From: Rebecca billardiae RCC1528
Taxonomy: Eukaryota > Protista > Haptophyta
Direction of reading: 5' to 3'
NCBI GenBank assembly: GCA_965240325.2
Contig: OZ251222.1
Location: 2,170,001-2,234,000 of the forward strand
Length of the DNA stretch: 64,000 nucleotides
Shown here: piece by piece, positions 55,203 through 64,000 of the stretch
Layout: every line of letters begins with the position of its first letter
How positions within the stretch are numbered: position 1 is the stretch's first letter
The notes under the pieces: generated by a model
What the model saw: the letters and a program-made list of their open reading frames with translations, nothing else
Told to the model about the DNA's origin: nothing
The model's database searches: none
Translations under genes and position numbers: made by a program

Positions 55203-56931
55203 ATGAGGTCGCGCGGCGCGCTGCGCGCGGCAGCGCGTCACTGCCGTGCGCGCGTGCTCGTGCGCGTGCTGGCCGCGTGCACGGCGTGCTATCTGCTGAT
55301 CATCATCACGGTCGTTGGCCTGATGCCCTCGCAGCCGGGCCGGCCGGGCGCTCCGGCCGGCCGGTGGCTGTGGCGCACGCCTCCGCCGCAGGGCTCGATC
55401 TTCGTGCGCGCGGAGGCGGCGTTCGCGATCGACGACCAGCTGCGCGAGGTGGACGACCTGCCCTCGTGCCACGACGCCGACCTCGGCTTTGGCGAGAACG
55501 CGACGCTGCGGCAGGTGATCTCGTTCTCGCGCTGGTACCAGGTGCGCGGGTTCGGGCCGTCGGCGAGCAGCCTGCGCTTCGCGGACAGCCCGCCGCCGCA
55601 GCAGCCCGAGGAGCTCTCCGACCAGCTGCACGCGCTCCGCCGCAACCGCTTCTTCGTCGCGGCGCTGCTGCACGAGAACGCGAAGGTGCTGCCGTGGTGG
55701 CACCGCGAGCTCGTGAAGCTGCTGCTCACGGTGGGCAACGCGGCGCTGGACAACGTCTTCGTCTCGGTGCTCGAGTCGAACTCGGTCGACCCGACCGGCG
55801 TGATGCTCACCGCGCTCTTCGAGCTGCTCCGCGAGCTCGGCATCCCGGCCAAGCTGTACACTGGGCACACAGGCGCGCGCACCAAGGACCGAATCCGCTT
55901 CCTCTCAGAGCTGCGCAACGTGGCGATGCAGCCGCTGCTCGACGGCGCGGCGGCGGGCGCGGAGCCGTTCACGCACGTGATCTACCTCAACGACGTCTTC
56001 TTCTGCGCGCGCGGCGTCGTCGAGATGCTGTGGCTCACGCGCGCGCGCGCGGCCGTGGGCGGCGCGGCGGGCGGCGGCGCGCCGACGGGCGCGGCCGGCG
56101 GCGCGCGCTGGGAGTACGAGGCGGACATGGCGTGCTCCGCGGACTACGTGAGCAGCAAGCTGGACCTGTACGACAAGTGGGCGGCGCACGACATCGCCGG
56201 GCGCACCATGCTCAACACGCACCCCTTCGTCGCGCACGCGCCGTCCGCACGCGCGTTCGAGCGCGCCGACCCCTTCCAGGTGCTCACGTGCTGGAACGGC
56301 CTCGTCGTCTTCCGAGCGGACGCGGTGGCGGCGCGCGGGCTGCGCTTCCGGCGGAACGTGCCGCTCGAGTGCGCCGCGTCCGAGTGCGACCTCTTCTGCC
56401 GCGACATGTGGTCCGTCGGCTTCCACCGCATCCTGATGGCGCCGCGCGTCAAGGTCGCGTATGGACTCGACGTGTTCACGCAGCTGCGCGCGCTCGCGGC
56501 GCGCGACCGCGCCGAGCCGGGCGGCGGCCGGCTGCGCTGGGCGACGGCGCAGCCGGCGGTGCGCTTCGTGGACACGCCGCCGCGCGCGGTCGAGTGCTGC
56601 CCGATCGGCAACTGGACCGGCTCGCAGCTCGTCGACTTCCGCGAGTGCCACAACGACACCGTCTGGGCTCACATGTACGCGCTGTTTGGCACACCGGCGG
56701 CCGCGCGCCCGACCGAGCTCGGCACGGCGTCCGCGCTCGGCGAGCTGGTGAACCGGACGAACGGGAGCGTGGCGGCGCTCGCCGCGGCCGTGCAGGGGCG
56801 GCTCGTCGAGGCGATGGCGGAGGAGCGCGCGCGGCGCGGCGGAGGCGCAGCCGACGCGGACGCCGACCTCGCCGAGGGCGAGGCTGGCGAGCGCGCGCGC
56901 AGGGACGGTCACGTGGCGCGGCGCGCGGCGC

Positions 56932-56980
<49 letters not shown>

Positions 56981-59900
56981 CGCGGGCGGCGCGCGGGCGG
57001 GTGGCGCACCGTTCGGCCGCGCCGAGCTCGGCCTGCGCCGCGCGTGCCCCGACGCGCCGCCCGACGCCGCGCCCCCCGCCATCCCGAGGCTAATCAGCCA
57101 GCTCGGCGAGTCGGAGTCAGTGCACGAGATGCCGCGCAGCGCTCTGCTGTCAATCGTGAGCTGGCTGTGGCACCACCCGTGCCACGCGTACACGTACCTC
57201 ACGTTCGAGCGCGCCGCGGCGGGCGCGGCGGGGCCGCGCGAGATGGCCGCGCTCCGCGCGCTCCCCGCCGTGCCCGAGCGCCACGACTTCGCGCGCTACC
57301 TGCACATGCGCGCGCGCGGCGGCGTGCTCGCGCCCCTTGACTGTGTGCCCCTGCGGCCGGTGGACGGACTGCTTCGGCCGGCGGATCGGCTGGTGCTCGT
57401 GCTGCAGGCGTCGTTCGAGTCGGGGGCCGAGGCCGCGCGCGCGGGGTACGCGCACGCGCGCGTGCCCGCCACCGACCTCTTCGCGCTCGCGCCGCGCCAC
57501 CCGGCGATGCAGCGACTGATCGAGGCGATTGTACAGCAGAGTGCGCTGCTGCCGCACGCGCGCGTGCGCGCAGTCGATGCCAGCCCCGTGCTCGCCGCGA
57601 CCGCGCTCGAGCACGCGGCGCGCACGGGCACGCTCGCGTTCGCCGAGTACCTGCTCGGCGCGGACGGCGCGCGCGTGCTCGACGGGCCCGAGCTCAGCGG
57701 CGCGCTCGAGCGCGCGCCGCATGCCGGACGCGGCCAGGGCCTGTCGAGCGAAACGGATCGCGCGGGGCGCGGCTGGGTGGCGCGACTGGAGGTGCCGGAG
57801 GACCTGCCCACTCTCGAGCGCAGCGCGGGCGGCTGGGCGCGGCCCGATCGGCTGGTGGCGAGCGACGGGCCGACGGGGCTCACGGGCGGCGGGTACCTGC
57901 TGCCCTTCACCGGGCGCATCGCAGCCGCCGCCGCGGACGCGCCTCCGTCCGCCGCCGCGACCGCCGCCGCCGCCGCCGCCGCGGCCGCCGCCGGCTCGGC
58001 TGAGCCCGAGCTCGAGCCGGTGTGGACCGTGCTCGAGTGGCTCACGCCTCGCGAGCGCGAGCGCGTCTCGCGCTTCGCCGCGCTGCGGCGCGAGCAGCTG
58101 CGCGCGAGCGGCGGCGCGCCGCACGGCGCGTCCGAGTGCTACCTGCAGTTGCACGGCAACGCGACGCTCGCTGTGTACGCCGGCCACGGGCCGGCGGACC
58201 GCTCGGCCCGACTGCTGTATGCCGTCGAGCCGCCGGTTCTCACCGAGTGGCCTTCGGTGCCCGTGCTCTCGCTCAGCGCGGAGGGCGTGCTGTCGCTCTT
58301 CGCGCGCGTGCACTGCGTCGGCCCGTGCGAGGGGCGCAAGCTCACGCCGAGCACGCCGCCGCGCGGCGTCGACCGCGTTGACACGCTGTGGCGGGCCTCG
58401 GTGGACGGCGTGAGCCGAGCGCGCGCCGTCGGCGCGGCGCAGGCGCGGCAGCTGTGCGCCGAGCACACACTTGTGCTCAGGCCGAGCGACGCGCTGCTCG
58501 CGGTGTACTGCGCGGCCGAGGTGGCGCCGCCGGGCGCCGCCGCCGGGCACGGCCCGCCTCGCGGCGGTGCGCCCACGGGGCCTCCCGCGTCCGCTGCGAG
58601 GCCACGGGCAGCGGCCGCCACGCAGAGCAAGGTCGACGCGCACGGCCTGGCCGCGACAGGCTGGGCGAGCGCTGAGCTGCGCTCGAGCTGGGGTGGCACG
58701 GAGGACAGCCGTCGGCTGCGGGCGCCCGGCTGGCTGCAGTCGACGGCGCCGCGCCCCGCGCTCTTCTCGCCGTCGGGGCGCGTCGCGCTCGTGCTCAGCC
58801 CGCGCGGGCAGCTGTGCTCGCACAGCCTCGCGCGCGCGCACGCGGACGGCGCGCGCTGCTGGGCCAACCTGACGGCTGGCTGCGCGCCCGCGAGCGTGTG
58901 CCGGCCGGCGTACGCGGCGCAGCGGCCGGGCGCGTTCCACGCTGAGCTCAACCGCACGGGCCAGCTGTGCGTGCATCGGGGCACGGCCGAGCGGCCGCTC
59001 AGACCGTTCTGGTGCTCAGCGCCCGCGGCGCCCGACGCGAGCGATGCAGCGGCCACGCTCGCCGCAGCCGCCGGCGATGCAGCATACGCCGCTCGCGCGC
59101 CGAGCGGCGCGGCGGCGGCGCCGCCGCGCGCCGGCCTCGCCGCAGTCCACCTCCGGGTCGACGAGGACGGGCACTTTGGCGTGTTCAGCACGGCGGCGGG
59201 CGAGCCGGTCTGGACGTCGCGCGCGCCCGCTGAGCCGAGCGCGCTCGCTCCGGGGCTGGGGCTCGCGCCGGGCGGCGCGCCGCGCTGGCACGAGGAGGAC
59301 CTGTACCACGCGCCCGCGCCGTCGGGCGGCGCGGCCGCGGACAGCGTGGGGATGGGCGCGCGCGCGGGCGAGGCGAGCGCGGCCGGCACGATCTCGCAGC
59401 TCCTGGACGGCGGCTTCCTCTCGACCGGCCAGCAGCTGGTCTCGCCCAACGGCAAGTACGTCGCGGCGATGGGCGCGACGCGGCTGTGCGTGTACGACGT
59501 GGGCGGTGCGGCGCCGTGCGCCCAGCTGCCCACTCCGGGCGCCGCGCTCGACGGCGCGTGCGTGCGCTGGTGCAGCCCGCCCATCGGCGCGGAGCTCGCG
59601 GCCAACCTCACGCGCTCGGCCGCGCTCGAGCACGGCTCACTGCTCGCCGTACACACGGTCGAGCTGGGCGTCGCCGAGCGCGCGTTCGCGCCCGGCGGCG
59701 GGCACGGCGCCGCCGAGCACGCCGCCGAGCGCTCTCTGGACCTGTGTGTGCACTGGGGCTGCGAGGTGCCGGTCGCGTGCCAGGCGGGCGCGGCCGCGCG
59801 ATGGTGCGTCCTCTCGGGCCACGGCGGCGGCGGCGCGGAGAGCGCACCTGGCTGGGCGCCGGACGCCACACACGGCCTGGCGGCGAGGCTCTCGGATGAT

Positions 59901-60023
59901 GGCTGCCTCGACGTTGTGCGCTGCAACGAGCCATCGCCGCGCGCGTGTGCGGGCGCGCGCGCCGCGGGCGTTGCCCACCCGGTCCGGCTGTGGTCCTCGT
60001 GTGAGGCACGCGCGCATTATTAA
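55203..60023 (+). CDS. Multidomain glycosyltransferase: GT69/CAP59-like + GT32-like + bulb-lectin-like repeats (~1600 aa)
   Basis: N-terminal TM; GT69 motifs VFVSVLESNSVD, RIRFLSELRN.AMQPL, YLNDV, YDKWAAHD, CWNG, C.ASEC; GT32-like IPRLISQ, DFARY..GG...LD..LRP.D; lectin-like LSTGQQLVSPNGKY, LFSPSGR..L.L...GQL. Confidence 0.8.
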
Positions 60024-60204
60024 CTAGCTCATCAGGGCCTCGTGGTGTGGCTCGTCGTTGTGCGCGATCGGCGCTTCTCTTTCAGTCGTCGTCAACTCGT
60101 CAGACTCAGAGTCGTCTGAGTCGTCTGAGTCGTGGCGCAGCACACTAAAAATTACTATGCGATGTCTAGATGTCGCATGAGCAGTCGATAGGCTTATGAC
60201 TCGT

Positions 60205-62197
<1,993 letters not shown>

Positions 62198-62231
<34 letters not shown>

Positions 62232-62250
62232 AGATTAATGTCGTCACTAC

Positions 62251-62340
<90 letters not shown>
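62198..62340. repeat. (AT)n and (CT)n microsatellites
   Basis: (AT)n 62198-62229; (CT)n about 62254-62340. Confidence 0.95.
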
Positions 62341-62344
<4 letters not shown>

Positions 62345-62861
62345 GTCCGAATCAGACTCCGATCGTCAAAGCTGAAAGCACGGATTGCTGACGATGAGCA
62401 CAGTCAGTCACAGCAGAGTCAGAGCAGCAGTCACTAAAGTCAGTGTTGTGACACTGACAGTCACACTGATGATGATAGATTGGCGCCGGGCAGTGCAGTG
62501 AGCCTGTGCGTCACTCAGGACACTGCCACTGGACTGTGGACAATGGGCCTGATCGGTCATCAACTATCTACTATGTCAATAACGTGCGCGTGCGGACAAA
62601 CTCGTTAACTGACTTATTATAATTCGATCGACTAATAAGTTGCAAGATGCAGTGATGCCCGCCATACAGTAACACGACAACGAACTAAACTTAGCAGGTG
62701 GCAGCAGGTCACTACTCACTACCCCCATAGGCTACTATAGTACTACGGGACTCACAGCTAACGAAACTGTGGCGATCTGAGGCTTCTGACAATCTGACTT
62801 CGAGGCTGTGAAGTGAAGCCGGACCGGCCCGCAGGCCCGCCGGACCTTGCGACGTACAATC

Positions 62862-64000
62862 ATGGCGGACGCGAGCGCCAATAACGCGCCTTTCTGGGTC
62901 GACCCCGAGGGCCGCGAGTACCGGCGCGTGCGCGACATTGGCCGCGGGCAGTACGGCCTCGTGAGCCTGCTGCAGCGCATCGGCGATGCTCACAAGCGCG
63001 TCGTCAAGGCGGTCAACTTGAGCGGCCTCTCCGCGGCCGAGCGCGACGCTGCGGCTCGCGAGGTCGTGATCCTGCAGAAGCTGCGCCACCCGAACATCAT
63101 CGAGTACATCGACAGCTTCGAGAGCGGGGAGGGGTCGAGCGCCGCGCTGAACATCGTGATGGAGCACGCTGACGGCGGCACGCTCGCCGAGCGCATCGCT
63201 GAGCAGTACGGCGAGCCGTTGGACGCGGGGCTCGTGCGCTCGTGGTTTGCGCAGCTCGCGTCCGCGCTCGCGCACGTGCACGCGGCGCGCGTGCTGCACC
63301 GGGACCTGAAGACGGCGAACGTGCTGCTGCACCGCGAGCGCATCAAGCTGAGCGACTTCGGCATCGCGCGGCCCCTCTCGACCATGTCCGAGTTCGCCAA
63401 GACCACCATCGGCACGCCATACTACCTGAGCCCCGAGATGATCACGGGCAAGCCGTACGATGCCAAGTCGGACGTGTGGGCGCTGGGCGTGGTGCTGTAC
63501 GAGGTGGCGACGCTGGAGCGGCCGTTCCAGGGGGACAACCTGCACGTGCTCGGCCGGCGCATCGTCGAGAACAAGCCCACGCCGTCGGAGGAGAGCGCCG
63601 CAGGCCGCGTGCAGCCGCCGGGCGTGCACAGGCTGATCGCGCGCTGCCTCGTGACTGAGCCCGCCGAGCGCGCGACTCTGGACGAGCTGCTCGACGACGA
63701 GTGCGTGCGCGAGCTCGCGCGCGCGCTGTCGGCGGACGTCGCGTCGCCGCCGGGCCGGCCGACCGGGCGCGAGGAGTCCGCCGCCGCCACGCCCGCGCCG
63801 ATCATCCCTCAGCGCTCCTCCAGCCTGGGCAGCGCTGAGCGCAGCGCCATGCACGGCCTGCTCAGCCCTATGGCGTCGAGCGGCGGCTCGGACGCAGTGG
63901 CGGGCTCGGCCGTGCTCACGGTGCTGCGCGAGCTGCGCGAGCCCCTCGACGGCGCGCGCGGCGAGCAGCAGGCGTTCTCCGCCAACCTGGGCCACACCGC
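62862..64000 (+). CDS. NIMA-related (NEK) Ser/Thr kinase, truncated by window end
   Basis: Own translation (absent from ORF track, no stop in window): IGRGQYG, VVK, HPNII, VMEHADGGTL, HRDLKTANV, DFGIAR, IGTPYYLSPE, KSDVWALG. Confidence 0.93.
   Translation, partial: MADASANNAPFWVDPEGREYRRVRDIGRGQYGLVSLLQRIGDAHKRVVKAVNLSGLSAAERDAAAREVVILQKLRHPNIIEYIDSFESGEGSSAALNIVMEHADGGTLAERIAEQYGEPLDAGLVRSWFAQLASALAHVHAARVLHRDLKTANVLLHRERIKLSDFGIARPLSTMSEFAKTTIGTPYYLSPEMITGKPYDAKSDVWALGVVLYEVATLERPFQGDNLHVLGRRIVENKPTPSEESAAGRVQPPGVHRLIARCLVTEPAERATLDELLDDECVRELARALSADVASPPGRPTGREESAAATPAPIIPQRSSSLGSAERSAMHGLLSPMASSGGSDAVAGSAVLTVLRELREPLDGARGEQQAFSANLGHT

Overview
Eukaryotic, very GC-rich, gene-dense DNA with short GC-rich GT-AG introns. 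The style suggests a microalga such as a haptophyte (inference only). Most entries in the ORF track are GC shadow frames. About 14 host genes are supportable: a TrmY-like SPOUT methyltransferase, a Kelch-TM-RING-H2 protein, an LRR protein, oligoribonuclease, sialate O-acetylesterase, a Sel1-MYND protein, a ~2980-aa two-repeat Shaker/CNBD-ankyrin channel, a hypothetical protein, an SCFD2-like Sec1 protein with a huge helical repeat, THOC5, an ERCC6L2-like SNF2 ATPase, a GT29, a GT69-GT32-lectin fusion and a NEK kinase running off the end. There are three unusual mobile elements: (1) a 5.5-kb piggyBac with two copies of its 3' end as 1729-bp inverted arms and a TTAT target duplication; (2) a ~10-kb non-LTR retrotransposon with a 2A-like motif, atypical APE, RT, RNase H, zinc knuckle and a C-terminal OTU-like protease; (3) a 1.9-kb non-coding A-x-B-A-y-B split-direct-repeat element inside a (TA)n microsatellite. 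All calls come from motif reading by eye; no database searches were run. Intron coordinates are inferred from splice dinucleotides plus frame continuity.
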